Shown here: positions 48,243 to 61,084 of the stretch, piece after piece | How the letters are laid out: every line of letters starts with the position of its first letter | Position numbering within the stretch: the stretch's first letter is position 1 | Assembly: GCF_009914755.1 (NCBI RefSeq) | Contig: NC_060946.1 | Reading direction: 5' to 3' (one strand) | Length of the DNA stretch: 64,000 bases | From: the human T2T-CHM13v2.0 reference genome, Homo sapiens | Made by a program: the position numbers and the translations under genes | The notes under the pieces: model-generated | Database searches by the model: none | The model's input: the letters and a program-made list of their open reading frames with translations, nothing else | Told to the model about the DNA's origin: nothing

Positions 48243-48540
48243 GGCTGGGCACGGTGGCTCAGCCTGTAATCCCAGAACTTTGGGAGGATGAGGCAGGTGG
48301 ATCACGAGGTCAGGAGATCGAGACCATCCTGGCTAACACGGTGAAACCCCGTCTCTACTAAAAATACAAAAATTAGCCGGGCATGGTGGCTGGCGCCTGT
48401 AGTCCCAGCTACTCCGGATGCTGAGGCAGGAAAATGGCGTGCATACAGGAGGCGGAGCTTGCAGTGAGCCGAGATCCCGCCACTGCACTCCAACCTGGGC
48501 AACAGGGCCAGACTCCGTCTCAACAACAACAACAAAAAAA
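48243..48540 (+). mobile_element. AluY-like
   Basis: GATCACGAGGTCAGGAGATCGAGACCATCCTGGCTAACACGG and ATGGCGTG...AGCTTGCAG diagnostics. (CAA)n tail, with TSD-like AGCAAAA on both sides. Confidence 0.95.
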
Positions 48541-49904
48541 AGCAAAAATAGTAGGCTTAAATCCAATCTTATCAATAATTATTTCATATGTAATTTAAAT
48601 ACTCCAAATAAAACACAGATTGTCCAACTGGATAATAAAAGTACCTATAAGAGATGCATGCCAAATATTATGGTATAGATAAGTTGAGAGTAAAATAATT
48701 TCCAAGTATACCAAGGAAACAACAATAACAAGAAATTTTATGTGGCTATATTAATATAAGAAAAAGTAGACCTCCAAACAAGCACTATTACAACAGAAAG
48801 CTATTTCATAATGATAAAATGTAAAGTAATTACGAAGACATAATGCTGTATTGCTGATAGAATAACTAAAGAAAGTTAAGATAAAATAATTTTGACAACA
48901 GCTTGACCTAATCGATATTGACCAAGACAATAGAATATATGTTCTATTATGCTACACATGAAACATTTATCAATAGGTTATAGACCACAAAATATCTCTC
49001 AAGAAGTTTCAAAACACTGTAATCATAGAAAGTATGCTTTCTGACCATAACGATAATGAGTTGAAATGGGTAAAAACAAGCTACCCAGGAAAGTCTACAC
49101 TATTGGAAGATTTAAATACACCTTAAAATGCCCTTTAGCTCAAGGAAGAAATCATAAGAAACACCTTAAAATACATTGAACTGAATACAAATAAAAACAT
49201 ACTATATCAAAATGTGTGGGATAAAGTTAAGCAGACCCAGAGTAAATTTTTTGTATAAATGCTTATTCTAAAAAAGAGAAGTTCAAAATAAGTGAACTAA
49301 TTTTCTACCTTAAAAAGAAAATCTAAAACAAGAGAGCAAATTAAGTCCAAAACAAGTAGAAAAAAGGAAATAAAACAGAAATTAGAAATCAATGAGACAG
49401 AAAACAGACACAGGAGAAAATTAACATGGCCAAAAGTTAGTTCTGTGAGAAAGAAAGAAAACACAAATTATAAATATCAGGGATTAATGAGATTGTACAG
49501 TTGTAGACACAAGAGACATTAACAAGATAATGGAATACTGTGAAACATTTTATACTAATTTTCATTACTTGGATGAAAGGGTGAATTCCTTGAAAAAAAC
49601 TTATAAAAAAATTCACAAGGTTAAATGGAACATATGAAGTAATTGACATTTATTAAAGTAATTAAATTAATTGTCAAATACCTGCACATAAAAACATAAA
49701 ACTAAAGAAATAAAAAAATAAGCAAACTCCAGATCCAAAGAGTTTTGCTGGTGAATTCTTTCAAACATTTAAAAAAAATAAAATTTTTAAATTATTTCAG
49801 AAATAAAGAAGGTGGAAATTCCAAACTTGTTTTATGAGTCAGAATCCTGATAGCAAAACTACAAAACCCAGGAATGCAAAATTGATTTCAACTTAAAGAG
49901 CTAT

Positions 49905-50517
49905 CACCATTCTAATCTGTGATTCTAATGAATTTGGCTATCTTAGATACTTTATACAAGTGGAATCATACAGTTTGTCCTTCTGTGACTGATTTACTTT
50001 ACTTAGCATTAATGTCCTCTAGGTTCATCCATGTTGCAATATTGCCGGGCTTTCTTGTTTTAAAGCTGAATAATATTCCTTTGTATGAATATACCACATT
50101 TTTTAACTATTCATCTGCCAATAGACATTAACCTTATTTCCACATTTTGATTAGTGTAAATAATGCTGCAATGAGCCTGAGAATCATCCCAATCTCAATT
50201 CTTTCAGATAAATAACCTGAAGTGAGACTGCTAGATCATATGGTAGTTCTACTTTCTTAATTTTTTTGAGGAAACACCGTACTGTTTTCTATACAGGCTG
50301 CACAGTTTTACTTTCCAAGAAACACTGTACAAGTGTTCCAATTTCTCCCAGTTGTTAACACTCGTTATCTTTTTCTTTTAATAAGACTATTCTAACAGGC
50401 TTGAGGCAATATCTCTTTGTGGTTTTGATTTGCATTTCCCTGATGATTAGTGATGCTGAGTATTTTTTTCATGTACCTGTTGTTAATTTGGATATTTTCT
50501 TTGGAGAAATATCTATT
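49905..50517 (-). mobile_element. L1MA/L1MB fragment nested antisense in the older L1M
   Basis: AAGTGGAATCATACAG, TAGGTTCATCCATGTTGC, CTAGATCATATGGTAGTTCTA, GTTTTGATTTGCATTTCCCTGATGATTAGTGATG. Confidence 0.85.
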
Positions 50518-51715
50518 GCTGGTTTAAAAAAAAAAACTCTCAGCAAGCTAGAAAAAGAAATTTTCTCAAAGTGATGGAAAGCATCCACAACAAAACACAT
50601 AAAAAATATTATATTTAATGGTGAAAGTGTAAGTGTTTAAACCACATGGATTAGGACAAGAAAGGAATGTGTGTGCTCATCCTCTATTCAACATTGTACT
50701 GGTGATCCTAGATTTTGAGTATAAATATTTAGGGGACAACTATTGTCACTGAAGCCCAAATCTTGGTCATCCTCAGAAAAAAAAAAAAAAAAGTTGATTA
50801 GGTTGTATATAATCTAATTCCACTTGCTAATTTAATTTCTCTAAAATTACAGCTTGTATCAACTCTAGAATTTATTGGGCACCTCCTAGGACATAAACAC
50901 TGGAATTTGGTGAGAGACATCAAATAGGAAAGAACCTGGCTCTGACATAAATTCAACACACGGAGGGGGACACACGTTATGAGACTGACCTGGCCTCTTC
51001 ATCTCATAAAAAAGGTTCTTCTTGCTGGTAACACAGATTAAAACTATTTCAATTACATTCAAGATAAAAAGATTAGCAATGGTATGTAAGATGAAAAAAT
51101 CACCCCGCGGGAAGACAAAAGTCTCACAAAAGGATATTTAAACTAGCCAAAACTTTGAAATTCAGGCAGAGATCTTGCTTTCTGGGTGAACTAAAGTAGC
51201 AAGAACAAAGTAGAGGCTCCAATTTTAGGAAAAAGGGGCCCTAATAAGGTTTACAATCCAGAAACTCAAGAAATCCAGACAGAAGTATGCAGTCTCTGCT
51301 TTCAAGGCAGTAGCAGTACCTGGATTACTAAGCCAATCCCCAACACAATCATAAACACAAATTTGATTGAGGAAGAAGCTTGCTCACCAGAAGATTTAGG
51401 TTATTACAAGGTAGAATGTGATAGAGAAAATGATCATGGGACTGGAAACAAAAGGAGGTATCCCCATGATTACAACTGGAATATATCTGTCAGAGATGGT
51501 GTGGAAATAAGACTGAAGAGAGAGATCCTTAAACCCCACGTGCCTTACATCAGGACTAATCCTGGACACAGGCTGGAAAGCATAGCCTACAGGTGGTGAG
51601 GGAGGAGGAGTGGGCTCAGCTATGAGAAGGAGAAGGAAATATGGCTGAAAACCAGATACGGGTCTTGAAATCACACAGGGGATTTGGGCCTTTTCTGCTG
51701 TCTGCCAGCAGCTGC

Positions 51716-51762
51716 CAGTAGTTCTCACACTTTGGTTGGCATCAAAATCACCTGAGGCAGTG
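51716..51762 (+). mobile_element. MER5-family terminus fragment
   Basis: CAGTAGTTCTCACACTTT...GCATCAAAATCACCTG. Confidence 0.55.
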
Positions 51763-52954
51763 GTGGGGAAGTCGCGGGAGTGTTGTAAAACCACAAGTGA
51801 CCAGGCAAAAAGCACCTGTATGTTTTCCAATTCAGTAAGTACAGAAATATTAATTGGAAAAAGGTGGACGTCAGACATTGATAGTGCTGTGGACTGCTCC
51901 AGGGACATAAGAATGATTTTTAGAGAGGTGACTCTAATCAGTTGAGGGAAACCACTGGACAGAAAGAGGTCCAGACCAACAGTACACAGAGACATCATAC
52001 AACTACACTTTAGCAACCTCTCCAAATAACATGTCTCTTAGTGAAACTTGGGAGGTTGAAAGTTAAAAACATAAAATCCAGTGACATTTATGTATCCTAG
52101 GCACTTACATTTGTCTGATTCTTCCAACTTGCCTTTGCTTGGTTAGAGTTTTGGGTAGATAAGAGGTGGATTTACATGTGCTAGTGTGAGAACTTTGATA
52201 CACTCATTTAGACATTGACCTACTATCTTGATATTTGAAAGCTAAAACCCAAAGAAATTTGTCTTTTTACATAAAACAAATTCAGCCCTTACCTTCCTTA
52301 TCGATTAGATCTTCCACTAGCAGTAATAAAAAAGTAACAATATGCATAAGTCAAAGTATCTTCTTAGATCCTCTCTAGTGTTTTACTATTTAGTTGTGTT
52401 AATTAAAGTAACTGTCTCAAAATATCAAGGAACACCTGAGAAGCAATTCATGTTTAAGGGCTGCCCTCTTGTGACAATGTGTTGTATGTTTTACTGTAAA
52501 AGTAATCTTATTTTACCTTATAACCCCTACAATCCAATTCATAACAGCATAAAAAGGAAATAAAACCTTACATAATTTTGAATTTTAAAAAGTACCTTGT
52601 TTATATGGCTTCTTTAGCTAATGAATAGTCAGTTTGGTAAATATTCCATTGAGTTGAAGGTTTGAATCCATCTCACTTAACTAGCTTGATGGATGTATTT
52701 CTAAACTTATACAACCCACTCCTCTGCTTTTAAAAAATTAAATTTAGCTATAGATTGAGATGTCAGTGACACAGTTTATAGAACATAACTTAGATTGTCA
52801 TCTACATTACTGTAACTACAAATACCACCCTCAGATGGAAGAATCAGTTTTATCAGTGAACATCTCTAATTGAACTATAAATGGTGTATGTCTTCTGGTT
52901 TTACAAGCTCTTGGTCTAACACAGGGGATATATGATGTAAAAATTACAAAGCAA

Positions 52955-53287
<333 letters not shown>

Positions 53288-53867
53288 CTATAATGTTTTG
53301 TGATGTTAAATTTTGAGAGTTTTTTTTCTTTCTTTCTTTTCCCAAGTCCCTTTCCCAGTTCCAGGAGCAGAGTTATTCTAAGCTCACTGATGTAAAGGAA
53401 TAGAAAGAAAAGATTTGGTGGAAAAACTAATAACCTGCTGTCCTTTCTGTCTTTTGATTTTTTAAAGCTTGAGCATTTGGGAGAATTTGGAAAGATTGTG
53501 GAGTAAGTGCAAAGAAGGAATTTGCTAACAAAAATTATGTAGGGTAAAATGAGTTTTTTCCAGGTTAGAAAATATCCACTCCCGACACTCCTACATTCGT
53601 TTCCCATGGTTAAGAAGAGGAAAAAACAAAGGCCTCTTGGTGAGCAGTGGTGACTTAGGCAGTTTCTTGGAAATATTCTAGAAGGCATAGTCATCTTTTA
53701 AAAAAATAGCTACAAGGATATGTCTAAGCAGAAGGGACCATGGGCCAAATTACGTGTAGATTTTTGCATTCCAAATATGGTAAAGAAGAAGCAGGAAGCT
53801 GGGGGGTCTAAACAGGCCACACAGAAATGGACAAGGAAGAGGCCAGCAGCAGCTTGTGGGGACAAGA

Positions 53868-54328
53868 TGTCAAGCCCCAAATGTAAAACCCACCAACCAT
53901 CCTCCAAATTCTGGCTCTGTTTAACAAGGCTGTGGTCTGACACTAGATGCCGCCTCAGTGACTAAAGCATAATTCCCCGTCTCCTGGGAGTGTTGACAGC
54001 TGACTTCTGGCAACAATACTCACAGCACAGTAAAGTTCCTTCATCCAAGTTCATGTCCCTTCTCAAGGCATCCCACATCCGAGAACTGCTTGGTACAAAA
54101 ATATAATGGCCTGGTTTTATTGCTCCAATTCGAGGTCATTAGGTAAACTCACCAAGATCCCTGTAGAGTGGACTGCAACCATGATAGTGATTGCATTCCA
54201 GCCGACTTCCTGCTCCACCCAATCCTATTGCTTTCACTCTTCCACAGGTGTTGGGAATATCATTTCAACCTCCTTGCATGCAAATCTCCAACTCGGAGTC
54301 GGCTTCCTAGGACACCTGACTGGGGACA
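53868..54328 (+). mobile_element. LTR16-like ERVL solo LTR (5' limit uncertain)
   Basis: 3' end CACAGGTGTTG...GCATGCAAATCTCCAACTCGGAGTCGGCTTCCTAGG...GACA. Confidence 0.6.
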
Positions 54329-55638
54329 TCTCTATCACTATCACAGTACTTAGAGGGGAGCATCTTAAAATGATTGAAGGCTAACTGCCCTAACAGCACA
54401 GACAGATTGTGGCTTAAAATAGAATTTAAGTGGATTTAAAAAAAACATGAAAAAAGTTGACATTGCACGCTCATATGAGCTTATGGATCAAACCATGCCT
54501 ATGATTCCTAAGATCCCTCGTGCAGTATATATTTGCACTGTTTATAAATGAAATCCCCTTGAATTGCATTCAGTGCAATTCAAAACAGTAATTTGTGGGA
54601 AAAATTAGATATGCAGATAGCCTGGACTCTAGAGATGCACACATCATTTGGAGAATAATAGTGAACCGGCTGGTCTATGAGGGAAGAAAACAGAGTGAAT
54701 ATAGACTATTAGTGAACAAGGATATTTTCCCATATATATTCAAATTAAGGTGAACTTCTTTACAGAATTATGCCTTAGAAAGAAAAAGTATTTCCCTATA
54801 TTTGAGTCCTCACAAGTTTTCCTACGATGAGTGCTTTTGTGATTATTTTGAATAACAAAGTAATATTTAAAGAAACTCTCTTGCCCTGAATGTTCTTTAA
54901 TTTATGTCAATTGATGTTGCATATAGAGATCATCAGAATCAAGCTACAAGAAAAGGAGGAACATAACTTAGCAAAGACTTAGAGGATTAGTCCTAATAGT
55001 GTGAAATCAAAAGTTCAAGTGAGGGAATAAATGCAGCTTTTAATGATTACTTAAATGAAGTTTAACTCTAGCAGGATCTACAAGAAATTGGCAACCTTTG
55101 GCTTCAGTAACAGAAACTCAGGATATATGCCCTTCAGATCTTTTGGATTCTGCATCATATTGAGAGAGGCTCCTTTAAACAAGCAATAAGAAACTTCCTG
55201 TGACAACATAATAAATTCAAAAAGTTCTGTAACTCAGACAATTTAGATAGAAGTGAGGACTTTGGCCTAGACAGCCCTGTTCACTCTAAAGATGGATTAA
55301 ACAATGAAAAAGATACTGATATCAAAAATTCAATCAGGAATTTGATTAAAGCATTTCATTAAATGTGATAATTTCTTAGTATATTATCTTACATATGCAA
55401 TATTCATGTGTAACAAATTAAATACAAGTAAACGTTTGACCATATTATCTGCAGCATAATTTACATATCAATTTACATATTCAGTTTTGCTCACATGAAA
55501 ACTTGGATCTTCTCAATAAGAAAATTTCTGAAATCTTTAATTCCTCATCCCCAGGAATGTAAATAAATAAATATAAATACTGTAAGTCAGTGATTTTTTC
55601 CTAGGAAGACAGTCAAAATACTTTACACGCCTTCTCAT

Positions 55639-56135
55639 TGTAAACCTAAATAACAGAGAAAGGCTCTCTAAAGGAAAAAGACATATCTTAGGGAGGAGGG
55701 CACTGCGATGGGAATATGCATGACAAAGCAAACTATGTAGATTCAAATGGTAAAGGAAGACAAGGTCTTTAAAAGAAAAACGATCAACCTGGAATTATGG
55801 GGGAGTAGAAAAAAATAAATAAAGGAAAAATGAAGAGGCTTATATAATTGTTTTGTTATAGTTATCTTTGACTATAAAGATCCACAACAAGGTCAATGTC
55901 AGTTGAAGTTTTGGCAGGCCGTTGCTGTATAGATGTCCTCACAGAAGTGTATTTTGTGTAAGGTTGCTATGGCTTTTGTGCAAGGTTGTGGTTTTTGTGG
56001 TATTTTGTGATAGTTTTTATCAGGCCTAGAAGCATGAGAACCCTCTCTTCAAGGCCTTCTCTGAATCTATTTTACCCTGGTTTTTTCTTTTCTTTTTAAA
56101 GATTAGTGACAGTTTTGATTCTGACAACTTTTATA
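55639..56135 (-). mobile_element. ERV1 (MER4-group) solo LTR
   Basis: The reverse strand runs from ...AAAGTTGTCAGAATCAAAA to TTATTTAGGTTTACA. 4-bp TSD TCAT at 55635-55638 and 56136-56139. Confidence 0.8.
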
Positions 56136-56394
56136 TCATGATCCCTAATTTCAAAAAAAATTAAACGTGTAACTTATTTATGATGTATTTGATAGGCTTG
56201 GATTTATGAATCACCTCTACTATCTATAGTGGTAGATATATCTGAGCCTACTTACACAGGACTTCCATCAGATTTTCTCTTCAGTGGAATGGAAGAGGGG
56301 GTTTTGGAGAAGGGGATGAAGGAATTGTGCTACATCAGAAGTCCCCACCTAACAGCCACAGGGACTTTTTCTGTGCTCTTGCCAGGCCGTTGTA

Positions 56395-56440
56395 TTAGGC
56401 TGATACAAAAGTAATTTTGGTTTTGTCATTGAAAGTAATG
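56395..56440. mobile_element. MADE1 (Hsmar1 MITE) partial
   Basis: TA followed by TTAGGCTGATACAAAAGTAATT...CATTGAAAGTAATG. Confidence 0.75.
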
Positions 56441-56853
56441 AGACCATCTGACTTACAATGTCTGTGCCGTAACCAACTCCTAATAGCCTCCTAGGACAGC
56501 TTTGCCCTGACATACACTGTCCTGGAACCACGTCTGCTTTGTAACTCCTGAGGTAGCTGCCACCATGACCAATGCCTTCTCATCTTTACTCTACATGCAG
56601 GTAACAGTTATAATTATATCTCTGTGTATTCACAGAACATTTAGTACATCTGGGACTTCTACAAAATTTCCCTAGCTGATTTTGGTGTTCTAGTGTCCTG
56701 GCAGCTCTAGCCATGAAGGGATGATGCTTTATCAGCATTTCTGTTGAGTTTTTTGCTTTTTCTCACAAACTGATTCCACTTTTCCCACATAAGTTTGACA
56801 ATTCATTTGAACTCATTTATTCTAAACCCATTATTTTTTGTCTATTATTTAAT

Positions 56854-57025
56854 AGGGTGGGGGGCAAGGGATAAAAGATAACAAATAAGGTGCAGTGTAC
56901 ACTGCTCGGGTGATGGGTGCACCCAAATCTCAAAAATAACCAGTAAAGAAGTTATTCATGGAACCAAATACCACCATACCCCAATAACCTATGGGAAAAA
57001 AAATAAAAAATACAATAAAAAAGAG
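56854..57025 (+). mobile_element. L1PB1-like 3' end with A tail
   Basis: AGTGTACACTGCTCGGGTGATGGGTGCACC...CCCCAATAACCTATGG then A-rich tail. Confidence 0.85.
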
Positions 57026-57304
57026 TCAGAAAAAAAGAAAATAATCACTGTACTTACCATGACACTTAGAAATGGTGGCTAGCATTATTTGTGTCACCTA
57101 ATAATATTATTATTTTTTCTTTATGCTACAAACTAGCTCTGCTATTACAATCACTACTATTTGAGGTGTTACTAAATTAAATTAAATTTATTGTATCCTT
57201 CTGGACTCAGAAATGGGGGTAAATGCTAAGACAATTTCAGAATATTATCACATATTAAAAGCATATTATATGGGGAAAATGTGATTTTAAAAAAATAGAA
57301 ATTG

Positions 57305-57624
57305 GTAGAGAAACAGTTTTTTTGTCTCTTTAATTTCTGCACATTTTGCAAGTATGGACGCTGACTTTCTTGTTCCAAATGATTGTTTTCAAGCATGTTT
57401 GTATAGAAAACAGCCTTGGAATAGAAAACCAGTACCTCCTTCTGGAACAAAGGAAAAGTTTATTTACTGTCTAGTATAATGCAGATAATTTCTCCCTCTT
57501 GGGAAGGGTACAGCCAAGTGAACTTCCCATAATACAAGTTGGGGTTTCTTGAGCTTGGTTTTTTCTTCCACAGTGTAATGTGCAGGTGCCACATGGCTCT
57601 CTTTGTGTTATCCTGGGAAAGCTG
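57305..57624 (+). mobile_element. ERVL-class LTR fragment
   Basis: TTTTCAAGCATGTTTGTATAGAAAACAGCCTTGGAA and GATAATTTCTCCCTC resemble ERVL LTR U3 repeats. Family not resolved. Confidence 0.5.
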
Positions 57625-57627
57625 ATG

Positions 57628-58420
57628 GCTGTAGGTGCATGTTTATTTTGGGGTTCTCTATTCTGTTTCATTGGTCTTTGTGTCTGTTTTCATATCGCTA
57701 CCATGCTATTTTGTCTATTGTGGCCTTAGGGTATAGTATGAAGTCAAGTAATGTGATGTCTCCAGCTTTGTTCTTCTTGCTTAGGTTTCCTTTGGTTGTC
57801 TGGGCTCTTTAAAAATCCATATGAAATTTAGAATATATTTTTTTCTAATTCTGTGAAAAACGACATGGGTTGTTTCATAGGAATAGTGTTGAATGTGTAG
57901 ATTGCTTTTGGCAGTATAGCCATTTTAACAATATTGATCTTTCTAATCCATGAGCATGGAATAGTTTTCCATTTGCTTTGTCATCTATGATTTTTTTCTG
58001 CAGTGTTTTGTAGTTCTCCTTTTAGATATCATTTACCTCCTTGCTTAGACATATTCTTCTTTTCTTTTCTTTTCTTTTCTTTTGGGGGTTGCTGTTGTAA
58101 ACAGGATTGCACTCTTGATTTACCTCTCAGTTTAAACATTTTTGGTGTACAGAAATGATACTTCTTTCTATATGTTATTTTTTTTAATCCTGAAAGTTTG
58201 CTGAAGACTTTTTTTTATCAGTTCTAGGAGCCTTTTGGCACAGTCTTTAGGGATTTCTAGGTGTAGAATCATATCATCAGTGAAGAGAGATAATTTGACT
58301 TCATTTCTTATTTGGATGCCTTTTATCGCTTTCTCTTGCCTGATTGCTCTGGCTAGGACTTGTTAAACAGGAGTGGTGAGAACAGCCATCCCTATTTTAT
58401 TCCTGTTCATAAGGGGAATG
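57628..58420 (-). mobile_element. Older L1P (L1PB-like) ORF2 segment, interrupted at 58420 by a HERV-K provirus
   Basis: Antisense ORF2 motifs CCAGCTTTGTTCTT, CCATGAGCATGGAAT, TTGCCTGATTGCTCTGGCTAGGACTT and GAGTGGTGAGA. Ends abruptly at ...AGGGGAATG|TGTTGGG. Confidence 0.88.
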
Positions 58421-58703
58421 TGTTGGGAGAAAAGCTGAGTGTTGGAAGAGAAGCTGAGGCAGGGCCATATGTTTCTCATTCACTTGATACACCGTTTCCT
58501 TTCAACCCCTAAATCCTCACCACCTGTTTGTTTGAGCACCAACAAATAGCGTGGGCTCCCAGAGCTTGGGGACTTTGCAGACTCCACACTCGTGATGGTC
58601 TCCTGGTCCCACTTTCTCTCTCAAACTGTCCTTTTCTCATTCCTTTGACTCTGCCGGACTTCATCACCCCCATGACCTAGTGTTGGGTCTGATCACCCCA
58701 ACA
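58421..58703 (+). mobile_element. 5' LTR of HERV-K provirus 1 (LTR14C/HML-9-like), short, probably internally deleted
   Basis: TGTTGGG...CCCAACA inverted termini, 283 bp. The U5 resembles the LTR14 family and is followed by a PBS. Confidence 0.8.
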
Positions 58704-58707
58704 TTCC

Positions 58708-58725
58708 TGGCGCCCAACATGGGGT
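58708..58725 (+). promoter_or_regulatory. Primer-binding site, tRNA-Lys type
   Basis: TGGCGCCCAACATGGGGT versus the tRNA-Lys(CUU) PBS TGGCGCCCAACGTGGGGC. Confidence 0.9.
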
Positions 58726-58805
58726 GACAAAGACCCGGTGAAGGAAGGCTGGAGCATGTGAAAGCAGAGGACACAACATCAAAAGACACCCGAGGACATA
58801 CAAAG

Positions 58806-60391
58806 ATGGGGAATGAAATTTAGTACTTAGAATTTGTTATCACTCTTTAGTACAGTAAAGCAGTTTTGCCCATGGTTTCCAGAACAAAGGACTATGAAGT
58901 TGGATGAATGGGAGAGAATTGGAAGAGATTTTTTAAAAGGCATATAAAGATGGAGCAGAAATTCTAGTTTCTGTATGGTCAGTGTGGGCACTAATAAAGG
59001 CAGCCCTTGAGCCATTTCAAACAGATGATGAGGCAGACTCAGATGAGGAAGAGGAGGATGAGTGTAAAAAACTAACTTCAAATTCTGAGTGTGGGGAGCA
59101 GCTACCAGAGGAGATTAAAGAAAAGAAAGAAAAACTTTAAAAAGTATGTTTTACTAGCCCGTTGGCTCCACCTGCTGAATTAAGTGAATGGCCACCTCCT
59201 CTCTCTCCTCTAAATGGGTGAGAAAATAAATTAGCTGAAAAACTTACTGCTCCTGTAGTTACAACATTAAAACCTGGATCAATTGGTGGTGGTAGACAAA
59301 ATTCTATTCAAAAAGCTAAAGCCAAGGGAGACCTTGAAGCATGGCAATTTCCCGTTACGATAATCCAGCAAGTAGGACAGAATATAGCTAATTAGGCTGC
59401 TTTCTCTTTTAAGTTACTAAAGAATTTAAGCAAGCCATTAGTCAATATGGATTGAACTCTCTTTTTTTGCAAACTTTATTTAAAAATATGGCTCTTGATA
59501 ATAGATTACTACCATATAATAAGGATACTTTGACAAAACCTGTTCTCACTCCATCTCAGTACTTGCAGTTTAAAACTTGGTAGGCTGATGAAGATCAAAC
59601 TCAGGCAAAAGAAAACACACAAGTGCAGCCACCTGTGCCTGTTTTCTTTGATCAGTTAATGTGAGTTGGCCCTAACTGGGGTTGATTAGAGAATCAAGCA
59701 CTAATGGAAGATGTTGCCATTGTTCAGCTGTGCTTCATGTGCTTACATGCATAGAAAAGGATAAATGTTACAGGGGAAAAGTATCCTTATTTCAGTTCTG
59801 TCTGACAAGGACCTAAAGAACCATATATTAATTTTATTGCTCAGCTCCAAGAGGCTGTGTATAAAGCCGTAAATGATCAAAACAGCTCAGGATGTTGTAA
59901 TACAGCTTCTTGCATACAATAATGCTAATGCAGAGTGTCAAACTGCTATTAGATCCCAGACAGAGAGGGCCCATTTAACTAAATATATTAAGGCTTGCGA
60001 TGGCATTGGAGATAACTTACATAAGGTTATTCTTTTAGCTCAGGCTGTGGCTAGATTAAGAGTAAGAAAAAATATGCTTCATTTCTCAGGCTCTTGCCTT
60101 AATTGTGGGCAAATTGGACACAAGAAAGAAATGTAGAAAGGAATTCAAAAGACGAAAACTACTACCATCAATCAACAGAAAAGTCCCAATGTACGTCCCT
60201 GGTGTAAGAAAGGCAATCACTGGGCAAGTCCGTGTCATTCTAAATTTAGCAAAGATGGACAACCTCTTTCAGGAAATAGGAAGGGGGACCCGCCTCAAGC
60301 CCCTCAACAAACTGAGGCATACCCAGCACAGCCACTGCCCTTACAAATGTACAGCAATTGTCCCCCACCTCAGCAAGCAGTGCTGCTGTAG
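58806..60391 (+). pseudogene. gag: gag of HERV-K provirus 1, disrupted
   Basis: Matrix motif VKQFCPWFPEQ, capsid QFKTW, QGPKEPY major homology region, and knuckle remnants CLNCGQIGH and CKKGNHWASPCHSKF. Many stops and frameshifts. Confidence 0.9.
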
Positions 60392-60482
60392 ACCTCTACA
60401 GCACAATTCCCATCTCCTTACTTCCTGGGGAGCCACGAAAGAAGGTCCCCACAGAAGTTAGGGCACCCTTACCCTGAGGAAC
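60270..60482 (+). pseudogene. pro: Start of pro (dUTPase domain) of provirus 1, cut by the insertion of provirus 2
   Basis: SAAVDLYSTIPISLLPGEPRKKVPTEVRAPLP*G is followed immediately by a MER9 LTR. Confidence 0.85.
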
Positions 60483-60933
60483 TGTTGGGAACAAGCCTCC
60501 CCAAATCCGGCCATAAACTGGCCCCAAAACTGGCCATAAACAAAATCTCTGCAGCACTGTGACATGTTCATGATGGCCATAACACCCACGCTGGAAGGTT
60601 GTGGGTTTACTGGAATGAGAACAAGGAATACCTGTCCCGTCCAGGGTGGAAATCCACTTAAAGGCATTCTTAAGCCACAAACAATAGCATGAGTGATCTG
60701 TGCCTTAAGAATAAGGGATACTTTTAGTTAATCTAATATCTATAGAAACAATGCTAATGACTGGCTTGCTGTTAATAAATACGTGGGTAAATCTCTGTTC
60801 AGGGCCCTGCTCTGAAGGCTGTAAGACACCCCCCCCCTCATTTTCCCACTTCACACCTCTATATTTCTGTGTGTGTCTTTAATTCCTCTAGTGCTGCTGG
60901 GTTAGGGTCTCTCCAACCGACCTGGTCTCAGCA
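60483..60933 (+). mobile_element. MER9-type 5' LTR of HERV-K(HML-3)/HERVK9 provirus 2
   Basis: TGTTGGGAACAAG...GGCCATAAACTGGCCCCAAAACTGGCCATAAACAAAATCTCTGCAGCACTG...AATAAA...CTGGTCTCAGCA. 451 bp, with an apparent deletion near 60710. Confidence 0.92.
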
Positions 60934-60935
60934 AG

Positions 60936-60955
60936 TGGTGCCCATTAATGGGGGC
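60936..60955 (+). promoter_or_regulatory. Degenerate tRNA-Lys primer-binding site of provirus 2
   Basis: TGGTGCCCATTAATGGGGGC lies two bases after the LTR. Confidence 0.7.
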
Positions 60956-61084
60956 TCAAATACAGGTCAAAGGATCGCTGGAGCAACGATTGGAGAATGT
61001 GGAACTAGCTGGAGGACACCCGAGTACTCTTAAAGCAATCCCCGTGGTGAGTAAGAAGGGGAGCTCGGAAGCATCAGGGTAGCA

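Larger units (their letters stand above)
46780..50705 (+). mobile_element. Old L1M element (ORF1/ORF2 remnants), interrupted by an AluY and an antisense L1MB; limits approximate
   Basis: A-rich L1M-like motifs: ATAATTGGAGTCCTAGAA, TTAGCAGACCT, TTTCTGACCATAAC, TTGAACTGAAT, TCCAGATCCAAAGAGTTTTGCTGGTGAATTCTTTCAAACATTTAA, CTATTCAACATTGTACTGG. Confidence 0.75.

Noticed and set aside
56395-57105. Possible second half of MADE1 at ~57071-57103, which would make a TIR-bounded ~700-bp composite element
   Set aside because: The match is short, gapped and AT-rich (only ACCTAATA is exact), so it cannot be told from chance.
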